From contig JANNVQ010000031.1 of NCBI GenBank assembly GCA_031414535.1, positions 1 through 48,835 on the forward strand: DNA of 48,835 nucleotides, read 5' to 3'. Position numbers and translations under genes: made by a program. The notes below the pieces were generated by a model. It was not told the origin of the DNA. It made no database searches and saw only the letters and a program-made list of their open reading frames with translations. The stretch is from Gemmatimonas sp. GTDB lineage: Bacteria; Gemmatimonadota; Gemmatimonadetes; Gemmatimonadales; Gemmatimonadaceae. Each line of letters starts with the position of its first letter. Within the stretch, counting starts at the first letter, position 1. This document shows, one piece after another, positions 1-8,920 of the stretch.

Positions 1-114
1 GGCAAGCCGACGAAGGTCGCGCTCACCGCGTGCATGCGCCGCCTACTCATCATCCTCAACGCCATGGTCCGCAAGCAGGAACGGTGGCAGGCCATCACGC
101 CCACCACCGCTTGA
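1..114 (+). CDS. IS110-family transposase/recombinase, C-terminal fragment (5'-truncated by window)
   Basis: Manual translation of frame 1 (not in ORF track): GKPTKVALTACMRRLLIILNAMVRKQERWQAITPTTA*, matching the typical IS110 C-terminal motif GKxxKVALxACMRKLLxILNAM; TGA at 112-114. Confidence 0.85.
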   Translation, partial: GKPTKVALTACMRRLLIILNAMVRKQERWQAITPTTA

Positions 115-131
115 CTTCCAACACAGCCTCT
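1..131 (+). mobile_element. IS110-family insertion sequence, right end
   Basis: Transposase stop is followed by a short end cttccaacacagcct and CT (130-131); TTGACT (-35-like) at 111-116; the flank after CT matches the host repeat arm. Confidence 0.75.
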
Positions 132-142
132 TCGTGGTGAAC
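130..142. repeat. Residual arm of REP-like family A repeat interrupted by the IS110
   Basis: CTTCGTGGTGAAC is identical to the terminal arm of the intact copy at 39864-39876. Confidence 0.7.
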
Positions 143-160
143 CGAAGGTCCTGAATCAGT

Positions 161-2350
161 TCAGCCCTTGAACGCGCGAAATTCCGCCGTGCTCGAAGGC
201 GGACGACCCGGCTGCTTAGGATCGCGGCGAAGTGCGCTAACCTCGAAGGTGAATGCGCCGCTCTCGCGGCTCCCCCCCCAACTGTCCCGCAGCAGCATAC
301 GGTGCGTCGCGCGTTCGCCGCGGCCCTCTTCCGGATGCCGCTGCACGTACGAGCCGTCAGCCTGCAGATCCCAAGCTTGGCGGTTATCCGACAGGCAGAC
401 CTCGAGCACCGACTGCAACCGCTTCTGGAACAGATGGTTGAGCACGGGAGTGACGACTTCCACGCGCCGATCCAAATTGCGCGGCATCCAGTCCGCCGAG
501 CCAAAGTAGTACTCGGGCTCCCCTGCGTTACCAAACATCCAGATGCGCGAGTGCTCGAGGAAACGCCCGATGATGCTCAGCACGCGGATGTTGTCGGAGA
601 GCCCTACCACGCCCGGCCTCAGACAGCAAATGCCACGAATGATGAGGTCAATCTCGACGCCGGCCTGCGAGGCCTCATAGAGCGCCTCGATGATGTGCGG
701 ATCAACGAGGGCATTCATTTTGGCGGTGATACGTCCGCCGTGGCCCGAGCGCGCGTTGGCCGTCTCGCGCTGGATCATCTCCATCACGCGGTCGCGCATA
801 TTGACAGGCGCGACGAGCAGGCGACGGTACTCCGTCTGACGCGAGTACCCGGTGAGCGAGTTGAAGAGCTCTGAGATATCGGCCGCGATAGACTCGTCGC
901 AGGTGATGAGACCGAGATCCGTGTACAGGCGAGCCGTGCGCGTGTTGTAATTGCCAGTGCCGATGTGCACGTAGCGACGGATGCCATCGGCTTCCTTGCG
1001 TACCACGAGCGCGGTCTTGGTGTGCGTCTTGAGGCCAGGCAGGCCATAGACCACGTGTACGCCGAATGATTCCAGCGTGCGCGCCCACGCGATGTTGTTT
1101 ACTTCGTCAAATCGCGCCTGCAGTTCCACCAACACGGCCACCTGCTTGCCGCGCTGCGCGGCCTCAGTGAGGGCCTGCACGATGGCACCATCACCGCTGG
1201 TGCGGTACAGTGTCATCTTGATGGCCAGCACGTGCTCATCACGCGCCGCGCTCTCGATGAAGGTCTCGACGGAGGCGCCAAACGAATCGAAGGGATGGTG
1301 CAGCAAGATCTCGTTTTCCCGCACCACATCGAAGATGGACCGCGTGGTGTCGCGCAGCTCGGGCGGCACCGCAGGAATCAGGGGCGCATCGCGATGCTCC
1401 GGGAAATCGAGCCCACCGAGTTGCAGAAAGTCCGAGATATCGAGGAAAGGGCCCGGCTCGTGCACTTCACGCTGCGAGAGGGGCGCCATTTCTGGGGCTT
1501 CGCTCGCACGGAGTTCCTCGAGCAGAAGCTCCTTGAGGTGCGCCGGCGTGCCTTCCTGCACCTCAAGGCGCACCACCTCACCGAAGCGACGCTGGAAGAG
1601 CTGCTCTTCAATGGTCGCGAGGAGGTCTTCCGGTTCCTCGGTATGGGAGATTTCGAGGTCCGAGTAGCGCGTAAGGCGGAAGGTCCAGTGGCCCAGGATG
1701 TCCATGCCGGGGAACAGCGCATCAATGCGATCGCCAATGACTTCTTCGAGGGGCACGAAGCTGTTGGTACGTCCGGTCGGTACCCAGCGTGGCAGGCTTT
1801 TGGGCACCTTCACGCGCGCAAAGCGCACATCGCTTTTATCGGGGTCGCGCAGCTCAACGGCCAGCGAGAGCGAAAGGTTGGAGATGTATGGGAAGGGGTG
1901 TCCCGGGTCCACGGCCAAGGGCGTGAGTACTGGGAACACTTGATCGCGGAAGAACACGTCGAGGTTGGCGCGCTCGTCCGGCTCCAATGCATCGGGCGAC
2001 AGGATGCGCACGCCGATCCCGCGCAGCGCGGGCAGCAAGGTGTCCGCGAGCAGGGCGCGCGAGCGCACGTGCAACTCGCGCACGCGCTGGTCAATCAGTG
2101 CCAACTGCTCACTCGGCGTCAGTCCATCGGCACCACCGTGAAGCACGCCGGCGGAGAGCTGCCGGCGGATACCGGCGACGCGCACCATGTAGAACTCATC
2201 CAAGTTGGAGCCGAAGATCGCGAGAAACTTCACGCGCTCTAGCAGGGGCGTCCGCTCGTCCTCGGCCTCATGCAACACTCGCGCGTTAAACTCGAGCCAC
2301 GAGAGCTCGCGGTTCAAGAACGAGGGATTCTTGGAATCAAGCGGATTCAT
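161..2350 (-). CDS. ppk1: Polyphosphate kinase 1
   Basis: NRELSWLEFNARVL, NLDEFYMVRVAG, LTPLAVDPGHPFP, KTHTK, GTGNYN, GRFLEHSR, SADWMPRNLDRRVE motifs. Confidence 0.98.
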   Translation of the reverse strand: MNPLDSKNPSFLNRELSWLEFNARVLHEAEDERTPLLERVKFLAIFGSNLDEFYMVRVAGIRRQLSAGVLHGGADGLTPSEQLALIDQRVRELHVRSRALLADTLLPALRGIGVRILSPDALEPDERANLDVFFRDQVFPVLTPLAVDPGHPFPYISNLSLSLAVELRDPDKSDVRFARVKVPKSLPRWVPTGRTNSFVPLEEVIGDRIDALFPGMDILGHWTFRLTRYSDLEISHTEEPEDLLATIEEQLFQRRFGEVVRLEVQEGTPAHLKELLLEELRASEAPEMAPLSQREVHEPGPFLDISDFLQLGGLDFPEHRDAPLIPAVPPELRDTTRSIFDVVRENEILLHHPFDSFGASVETFIESAARDEHVLAIKMTLYRTSGDGAIVQALTEAAQRGKQVAVLVELQARFDEVNNIAWARTLESFGVHVVYGLPGLKTHTKTALVVRKEADGIRRYVHIGTGNYNTRTARLYTDLGLITCDESIAADISELFNSLTGYSRQTEYRRLLVAPVNMRDRVMEMIQRETANARSGHGGRITAKMNALVDPHIIEALYEASQAGVEIDLIIRGICCLRPGVVGLSDNIRVLSIIGRFLEHSRIWMFGNAGEPEYYFGSADWMPRNLDRRVEVVTPVLNHLFQKRLQSVLEVCLSDNRQAWDLQADGSYVQRHPEEGRGERATHRMLLRDSWGGSRESGAFTFEVSALRRDPKQPGRPPSSTAEFRAFKG

Positions 2351-2357
2351 TCGCGCC

Positions 2358-3389
2358 TCAACCGCGCATGGTCGCGACGATCCAGTACGACGCGGCTGAC
2401 ACCGCGGCCGAAGCCGGAATCGTGATGATCCACGCCCAAATCATCTGACTCGCCACGCCCCAGCGCACCGCCGACAATCGGCGGGTGGCCCCGACGCCTA
2501 CGATAGCGCCAGAGATGGTGTGGGTTGTGGACACAGGAATGCCGAGGAAGGTCGCAAGAAAGATGGCGGACGCTCCACCCGTCTCGGCGCAGAAGCCACC
2601 GATGGGCCGCAGGCGTGTAACGCGCGAGCCCAGCGTGTGGACAATGCGCCAGCCCCCCATCAAGGTGCCAAGCGCGATGGCCATGTGTGCACAGAGCTTG
2701 ATCCAAAACGGAATTTCGTCACCGTTGGCCAAGTAGAAATGCCGCAGGAATCCCGTCTCTTCTACGAAGTACGCGTTGCCGGCCACAAGGAGCGACACGA
2801 TGATGCCCATCGTCTTCTGGGCGTCATTGGCCCCGTGCGACAACGAGAATAGAGCCGAGCTCGTGATTTGCATTCCGCGAAAGAGCGGGTCGAGTTTTGC
2901 CGGATGCTGCTTTCGAAAAATCCACGTGGTTGCCACCATAAGGCCCCAACCGGCGGCCATACCGATGAGCGGCGAGAGCACGATGAAGAGAATCGTCTTC
3001 GTCCATCCAGACGCGATGATCGCGCCGAACCCAGCCTTCGTAATCGCGGCTCCGGCAAATCCACCAATCAGCGCATGCGACGAGCTCGACGGAATGCCGT
3101 ACCACCAAGTGATGAGATTCCACGTGATGGCACCCAGGAGTGCCGCTAAAATGACATCGGGGTTCACAATCGCCATATCAATCATGCCGGTCCCAATGGT
3201 CTTGGCGACCTGCGTGTCGAACAGGAACAGAGCGAGGAAGTTGAACGTCGCCGCCCACACCACGGCGGTAAAGGGGCTCAGCACCCGCGTACCCACGATC
3301 GTCGCGATGGAATTCGCCGAGTCGTGGAAGCCGTTGATGTAGTCGAAAATGAACGCCACTAACACAATGGCGAGGATGTACCAGACCAC
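2358..3389 (-). CDS. pit: PiT-family inorganic phosphate transporter
   Basis: NGFHDSANSIAT, PSSSSH, HGANDAQK and PVSTTH signature motifs; hydrophobic throughout. Confidence 0.96.
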   Translation of the reverse strand: MVWYILAIVLVAFIFDYINGFHDSANSIATIVGTRVLSPFTAVVWAATFNFLALFLFDTQVAKTIGTGMIDMAIVNPDVILAALLGAITWNLITWWYGIPSSSSHALIGGFAGAAITKAGFGAIIASGWTKTILFIVLSPLIGMAAGWGLMVATTWIFRKQHPAKLDPLFRGMQITSSALFSLSHGANDAQKTMGIIVSLLVAGNAYFVEETGFLRHFYLANGDEIPFWIKLCAHMAIALGTLMGGWRIVHTLGSRVTRLRPIGGFCAETGGASAIFLATFLGIPVSTTHTISGAIVGVGATRRLSAVRWGVASQMIWAWIITIPASAAVSAASYWIVATMRG

Positions 3390-3397
3390 TTAGACGC

Positions 3398-4009
3398 TCA
3401 GGAGTTCTTGAGGGAGATGCTCTCGAGCACGTTTGCCACGTCCTCGCACTCGTCCACCGCATGCTCAAGGTTGTCGTATATCTCCTTCCACTTGATCACT
3501 TCGAGCGCATCGGGCTTGCCCGCGAACAGCTCGGAGACGGCCTTGGAGTACAGTGCATCGGCCTTCTCCTCAAGAACCTTCACCTGCCGTGCCGCCTTGT
3601 GTACGGCCTGGGGGTTCCGGATCTCCTTCACGCCGACGGCGAGGACGGCGCACGTCTCGGAGAGTACATCCACCAAGTCAATAGCTGGCTGGCGACGTTC
3701 GTTGATGTGGAACATGATGGCGCGGCGTGCTGTGCCATCCATCAAATCCACCACGTTGTCGAGCCGGTTCGCGAGCATGTGAATGTCCTCGCGGTCTAAG
3801 GGCGTCACGAACGAACGATCAATGCGTTGCATGATGTCGTAGGTGATGGTGTCCGCCGCATGCTCCTCGGCCTTGATCTGCACCACCAGTTCCTCAAGGC
3901 GCTGCGGCTGGTCAAAGAGCTGGTGAAGAAGCGCGGCCGCAGAAGTCAGGCGCGCTGAGAGCTGATCGAAGAGGCCGAAAAAGCCTTCATCCTTCGGCAA
4001 AAATCTCAC
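3398..4009 (-). CDS. DUF47 / PhoU-like phosphate transport regulator
   Basis: EHAAD...FVTPLDREDI, EEKAD, WKEIY..LE...D.CEDVA repeats; directly upstream of pit. Confidence 0.93.
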   Translation of the reverse strand: MRFLPKDEGFFGLFDQLSARLTSAAALLHQLFDQPQRLEELVVQIKAEEHAADTITYDIMQRIDRSFVTPLDREDIHMLANRLDNVVDLMDGTARRAIMFHINERRQPAIDLVDVLSETCAVLAVGVKEIRNPQAVHKAARQVKVLEEKADALYSKAVSELFAGKPDALEVIKWKEIYDNLEHAVDECEDVANVLESISLKNS

Positions 4010-4106
4010 GGAGGGTCCGCAGGGGCGGTGGGAGAGTGGTACGGGTCCAATCGTAACGCGACCGGAGGTGCGGGGAAACTTACCCGCGTCCCGGGGGGGC
4101 GAGCAA

Positions 4107-4141
4107 ACTATAATGTGGACTCCGTAGCAGAACTGTTACTA
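4107..4141 (-). promoter_or_regulatory. Candidate promoter of DUF47-pit-ppk1 with Pho-box-like/palindromic site
   Basis: Minus strand TAGTAAC-AGTT-CTGCTAC (4141-4124), then 11 nt, then TATAGT (4112-4107); the site is also an imperfect inverted repeat. Confidence 0.3.
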
Positions 4142-4145
4142 GAGC

Positions 4146-4922
4146 CTAGGTCTCACTGGTTAAAAGGCCGCGCTGCAACAACATAGCTCGCCTGCGCGAC
4201 ACCAGCTCCTGGCGCACAAAGAGCCGCACGAGAATCGCCCCCGTCACAAAGCCCCCAACGTGTGCCCACACGGCCACGCCACCGCTCTGCCCAGACACCG
4301 CGGCGAGGTCTGGAAGCGCGAGCAGCAGCTGGAGCACAAACCACCACAGCAGCACGCCCCAAGCCGGCAGCGGGATGATCCGGAACACGATAATGAAGAT
4401 GAACAACATCCGGACTCTGACCTTGGGAAACAGCACGAAATACGCACCCATGGCTCCAGAGATGGCACCTGACGCCCCCACGGTGGGCACTATAGAGCCG
4501 GGCTGCATGAACACGTGCACGGCCCCCGCCGCGACGCCACAGAGCAGGTAGAAGAGGAGAAACCTCCCCCGCCCCATCACGTCCTCCACGTTGTTGCCGA
4601 AAACCCACAAAAAGAGGGCGTTCCCGAGGAGATGCGCCCAGCTGCCATGCAGGAACATCGAGAACAGGGGCGTCAGCCAGTTCGAGGGTTGGGCATCCAC
4701 CACGCAGAGCAGACTGCGCGTGATGGGGATACCGGAGCCCAGCGGCGCGCCACCCGTCAGCTCCGCCGGCACCAGCCCGAGATTGCACACACTCATGGCT
4801 AGGGTCTCAAGGTCGAAACCGGCCCCTTGGATGATCACCCACGCCGAGGCCATCCCCGCGAGCAGGAGGATGGTCATCACTGGCACCCGAACGGTCGGAT
4901 TGTCGTCGCTGAGTGGGATCAT
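4146..4922 (-). CDS. Rhomboid-family intramembrane serine protease
   Basis: MIPLSDDNPT start; SMFLHGSWAHLLGN, GASG catalytic Ser, AHVGGF catalytic His. Start trimmed from ORF 4146..5012. Confidence 0.95.
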   Translation of the reverse strand: MIPLSDDNPTVRVPVMTILLLAGMASAWVIIQGAGFDLETLAMSVCNLGLVPAELTGGAPLGSGIPITRSLLCVVDAQPSNWLTPLFSMFLHGSWAHLLGNALFLWVFGNNVEDVMGRGRFLLFYLLCGVAAGAVHVFMQPGSIVPTVGASGAISGAMGAYFVLFPKVRVRMLFIFIIVFRIIPLPAWGVLLWWFVLQLLLALPDLAAVSGQSGGVAVWAHVGGFVTGAILVRLFVRQELVSRRRAMLLQRGLLTSET

Positions 4923-5042
4923 GTTGCCAAAATGGCGTGAATCTCTGGCCCAGCCCTTGCCGTCTATTATCGACGTAACTCTGCCCGTGACTAGAACCTT
5001 GCGGGCGGCCACTTCCGAAAAGCTACCTCTTAAGAGGAACGA

Positions 5043-6980
5043 ATGGCAGACAAGGTGATCGGCATTGACTTAGGCACCACAAACTCCGTGGTGGCGGTGA
5101 TGGAGGGCGGCGACCCCGTCGTCATCCCCAACGCCGAGGGTGGACGTACTACCCCCTCCGTCGTGGGTTTCAGCAAGGACGGCGAGCGCCTCGTTGGCCA
5201 GATCGCCAAACGCCAGGCTGTGACCAACCCGCAGAACACGGTCTTCTCCATTAAGCGCTTTATGGGCGCCAAGATGTCGGAGACGCTGGCCGAGACGGCC
5301 CGCGTCCCGTACAAGATCGTGCGCGGCCAGAACGACCTCGCCTCGGTTGAAGTCCAGGGCAAGACGTTCACGCCGCCCGAGATCTCGGCGATGATCCTGC
5401 AGAAGATGAAGCAGACCGCAGAAGACTACCTCGGGCACGCCGTGTCCAAGGCCGTCATCACGGTGCCTGCGTACTTCAACGACGCGCAGCGCCAGGCGAC
5501 GAAGGACGCCGGCAAGATCGCCGGCCTCGAAGTGCTCCGCATCGTGAACGAACCGACGGCTGCGGCTCTTGCCTACGGCCTCGATAAGAACAAGAAGAAG
5601 GATGAGAAAGTCGCGGTGTTCGACTTGGGCGGCGGCACCTACGACATCTCCATTCTCGAACTCTACGAAGTAGACGGCACGCGTCAGTTCGAAGTGAAGT
5701 CCACCAACGGCGACACGCACTTGGGAGGCGACGACTTCGACCAGAAGGTTATTGATTGGCTGGTTGCTGAGTTCCGAAAGGATCAGGCGATTGACCTCTC
5801 CAAGGACCCGATGGCGCTCCAGCGCCTGAAGGAAGCCGCGGAGAAGGCGAAGGTCGAGCTTTCTGGCACCATGAGCACCGACATCAACCTGCCCTTCATC
5901 ACGGCTGACCAGTCAGGGCCCAAGCACCTCAACTACCAGCTCACGCGCGCCAAGTTCGAGCAGCTGGTGGATGACCTCATGCGCCGCACGATTCCGCCGA
6001 TGGAGAAGGCGTTGAAGGATGCCGGCTACAAGGTGGAAGAAATCGACGAAGTGATCCTGGTCGGCGGCTCAACGCGCATGCCGAAGATTCAGGAGATTGT
6101 GAAGGAGTTCTTCAAGAAGGAGCCCAATAAGGGCGTGAACCCGGACGAAGTCGTTGCGGTGGGCGCGGCCATTCAGGGTGCGGTGCTCACCGGCGAGCAG
6201 AAGGACGTGCTGCTGCTCGACGTGACGCCTCTCTCGCTTGGCATTGAGACGCTTGGTGGCGTGACCACGGTACTTATTCCGCGCAACACGACCATCCCGA
6301 CGAAGAAGTCGGAGACCTTCTCGACGGCCGACGACAACCAGACGACGGTCGAGATCCACGTGCTGCAGGGCGAGCGCGAGTTGGCACTGCACAACAAGAC
6401 GATTGGCAAGTTCCAGCTGACGGGTATTCCGCCGGCCTCGCGTGGCATGCCGCAGGTGGAAGTGACCTTCGACATTGACGCGAACGGCATTCTCCACGTG
6501 ATGGCGCGCGATAAGACGACGGGCAAGGAGCAGAAAATCCGCATCGAGGCGTCGAGCGGTTTGTCGGACGCCGAAATTGACCGCATGGTAAAGGACGCGG
6601 AGTCCAACGCGACCGAAGACAAGCGCAAGCGCGAGGAGATTGACACGCGCAATCGCCTGGACACGCTCGCGTACCAGGTGGAAAAGGAGTCCAAGGAGTG
6701 GGCCGACAAGGTGCCGGCCGACGTGAAGACGCGCTTGGACGGCGCAGTGGAACGCGCCCGCAAGGCGCACCGCGGCGAAGACATGAACGAGGTGAAGGCG
6801 GCACTTGAGGAGCTGACGGCTGCCTTCCAAGCCGCGGGACAGGCGGTGTATGCCGCCAGTGCCGCCCAGCCGGACGCCGCTTCGGGAGCCGAGGCTGAGG
6901 GTGGCGCTGAGGCCAAGAAGGACGACGTCGTCGAGGCCGATTTCGAGATCGTGGACGACAAGAAGACGGAAACGAAGTAG
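5043..6980 (+). CDS. dnaK: Molecular chaperone DnaK
   Basis: [33 protein letters not shown]-terminal VVEADFE; SD gagga upstream. Confidence 0.99.
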   Translation: MADKVIGIDLGTTNSVVAVMEGGDPVVIPNAEGGRTTPSVVGFSKDGERLVGQIAKRQAVTNPQNTVFSIKRFMGAKMSETLAETARVPYKIVRGQNDLASVEVQGKTFTPPEISAMILQKMKQTAEDYLGHAVSKAVITVPAYFNDAQRQATKDAGKIAGLEVLRIVNEPTAAALAYGLDKNKKKDEKVAVFDLGGGTYDISILELYEVDGTRQFEVKSTNGDTHLGGDDFDQKVIDWLVAEFRKDQAIDLSKDPMALQRLKEAAEKAKVELSGTMSTDINLPFITADQSGPKHLNYQLTRAKFEQLVDDLMRRTIPPMEKALKDAGYKVEEIDEVILVGGSTRMPKIQEIVKEFFKKEPNKGVNPDEVVAVGAAIQGAVLTGEQKDVLLLDVTPLSLGIETLGGVTTVLIPRNTTIPTKKSETFSTADDNQTTVEIHVLQGERELALHNKTIGKFQLTGIPPASRGMPQVEVTFDIDANGILHVMARDKTTGKEQKIRIEASSGLSDAEIDRMVKDAESNATEDKRKREEIDTRNRLDTLAYQVEKESKEWADKVPADVKTRLDGAVERARKAHRGEDMNEVKAALEELTAAFQAAGQAVYAASAAQPDAASGAEAEGGAEAKKDDVVEADFEIVDDKKTETK

Positions 6981-7047
6981 GGCGGTTCGGAAACCATCCA
7001 CCCTCTCATCGGTACTTATAGGGTGAGAGGGGCGATTGCCCGCAGTG

Positions 7048-7072
7048 AGGGCCGCCCCCGGCGGCCCTTTTT
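7048..7072 (+). terminator. Intrinsic terminator after dnaK
   Basis: agggccgcc-ccc-ggcggccct 9-bp stem followed by a T run. Confidence 0.75.
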
Positions 7073-7086
7073 GCTACCTTCAACAC

Positions 7087-8625
7087 ATGAAAATTCACAT
7101 GTCACGCAGCAAGATTATCGTTGCCGCTACGGCGGCCTTCGTCGGTGGCGTGTTCTTTGCCTCGTCGATGGATTGGACCGACCGCATCTTTGCGCAGGGT
7201 GCGGGCACGACCGCCGCACCGCGTCCGCGCACGGACGAAGTTCGCTCCATTGCTGAAGCGTCCAATGCCTTCGTGAGCATCAGCGAGTACATCACGCCGG
7301 CGGTGGTGTCCATTCAGACGGAGCGCGACCCGCGCGCCAACAGCCGGCGCCGACAGGGCGGCCAGCAACAGCAGTTGCCGCCGGGCTTCGAGGAGTTCTT
7401 TAGGCAGGATCCGGCGCAGCAGCGTCCACAAGAGTCCAGCGGGTCTGGTTTCATGGTGAGCCGCGATGGGTACATCCTCACCAACAATCACGTGGTTGAG
7501 GGTGCCGACCGCATTCGCGTCGCGATGCAGGACCGGCGCATCTATGACGCGAAGTTGATTGGGCGCGACCCGTCTACCGATGTGGCCGTCCTCAAGATTG
7601 AAGGCCGCAACTTCACGGCGCTCAGCTTCGGCGACGACGAGTCGCTGCGCGTGGGCGAGTGGGTGCTGGCCATTGGCAACCCGCTTGGCCTCGACTTCAC
7701 CGTCACCGCTGGTATTGTGAGCGCGAAGGGTCGCGGCCTACCGGGCCTCAATCCCGACCAATACGCCATCACGGACTTCATCCAGACAGACGCGGCAATC
7801 AATCCGGGTAACTCGGGTGGCCCGCTTGTGAATTCGAAGGGCGAAGTCATCGGCGTGAATACGGCGATCGCCTCGCAGACGGGTTTTTACGCCGGGTACG
7901 GCTTCGCGATTCCTATCACGCTGGCCAAGCAGGTGATGGATGACCTCATCGCGCACGGCGAGGTGCGGCGCGCGGTGCTTGGCGTTGGCATCAATGAAGT
8001 GACGCCCGAGGACGCGCAGGTGGCGGGCCTCCGCACGATTGCTGGCGTGAAGGTGAGCGGCTACTCCGGCGAGGATTCGCCGGCGCGGCGCGCGGGCCTG
8101 GAGCCTGGCGACATCATCGTGAAGGTGGATGGGCGCGCGGTGGACCGCGTGTCTGCGCTTCAGAGAGCTGTGCGCGCCAAGAAGCCGGGTGACAATGTGG
8201 AGCTAGAAGCGATGCGCTACGGCACGCGCCGCACCTTTAGAGTGCGTTTGGCCGCCGCGCCGAGCGAGACGCGCGTGGCAGCGGCAGAGGCGCCGAGCGC
8301 AATTCCGCCGACGACCTCGCGGTTGGGCATCAGCGTGGAGCCCGTCGGTTCGGACTTTGTCACGGCACGTAGGCTCCCGGAGCAGTACCGCGGACTTCGC
8401 GTAGCGAACGTCGAGGTGGGAAGCCCGTCCTACGAGCGGCTGGGCACAAACGACGTGATTGCCGAAGTGCTGTACCCGCAGCCGAAGCAGCGCCTTCAGA
8501 CCCTCGATGACCTGCAGCGGGCCTTAGATCGGGTGAAGGCGGGTGACATTCTTTCCTTGCTCGTGTTCCGCGGGGTTGAGGGGAATGGCGGGGGCACGGT
8601 GGTCGTCAATATTCGAGTGAACTGA
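7087..8625 (+). CDS. degP: DegP/HtrA (Do family) serine protease with two PDZ domains
   Basis: N-terminal signal, TNNHVV, D, QTDAAINPGNSGG triad, PDZ domains. Start 7087 or 7099. Confidence 0.93.
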   Translation: MKIHMSRSKIIVAATAAFVGGVFFASSMDWTDRIFAQGAGTTAAPRPRTDEVRSIAEASNAFVSISEYITPAVVSIQTERDPRANSRRRQGGQQQQLPPGFEEFFRQDPAQQRPQESSGSGFMVSRDGYILTNNHVVEGADRIRVAMQDRRIYDAKLIGRDPSTDVAVLKIEGRNFTALSFGDDESLRVGEWVLAIGNPLGLDFTVTAGIVSAKGRGLPGLNPDQYAITDFIQTDAAINPGNSGGPLVNSKGEVIGVNTAIASQTGFYAGYGFAIPITLAKQVMDDLIAHGEVRRAVLGVGINEVTPEDAQVAGLRTIAGVKVSGYSGEDSPARRAGLEPGDIIVKVDGRAVDRVSALQRAVRAKKPGDNVELEAMRYGTRRTFRVRLAAAPSETRVAAAEAPSAIPPTTSRLGISVEPVGSDFVTARRLPEQYRGLRVANVEVGSPSYERLGTNDVIAEVLYPQPKQRLQTLDDLQRALDRVKAGDILSLLVFRGVEGNGGGTVVVNIRVN

Positions 8626-8633
8626 GCGCTCTG

Positions 8634-8724
8634 GACGGAAGACGGATGACGGAAGCTTGATGGGGGCGGGCCGAGAGATCGGGCCGCCCCCATCGCCTTT
8701 GGCATCCTTCATCCGTCAGCCGTC
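8634..8724. repeat. Family B heptamer-based palindrome (GACGGA[A/T])n ... (TCCGTC[A/T])n with GC-rich inner hairpin
   Basis: gacggaagacggatgacggaa ... gatgggggcgggccg/cgggccgcccccatc ... catccttcatccgtcagccgtc. Confidence 0.75.
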
Positions 8725-8769
8725 CCCGCGCTGTCGCAGGCCCACTCACTGGACTATGATTCCTCACAC

Positions 8770-8851
8770 GCGAATGTGGCGGAATTGGTAGACGCGCGAG
8801 ACTTAGGATCTCGTGCCGCAAGGCGTGTGGGTTCGAGTCCCACCTTTCGCA
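8770..8851 (+). tRNA. tRNA-Leu(TAG)
   Basis: D arm GGCGGAATTGGTAGACGC, anticodon arm cgaga-ctTAGga-tctcg, long variable arm, T arm gtgggTTCGAGTcccac; discriminator A; CCA not encoded; TATGAT -10 upstream. Confidence 0.96.
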
Positions 8852-8920
8852 TTTCCCCCTTTGGCCCCCAAGCTGAGATTGCTGCGAACTATTTGAAGGC
8901 CCTCTCGCGTTAAGGCACGT

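Noticed and set aside
4923..5042. CIRCE operator upstream of dnaK
   Set aside because: No TTAGCACTC-N9-GAGTGCTAA match is present.
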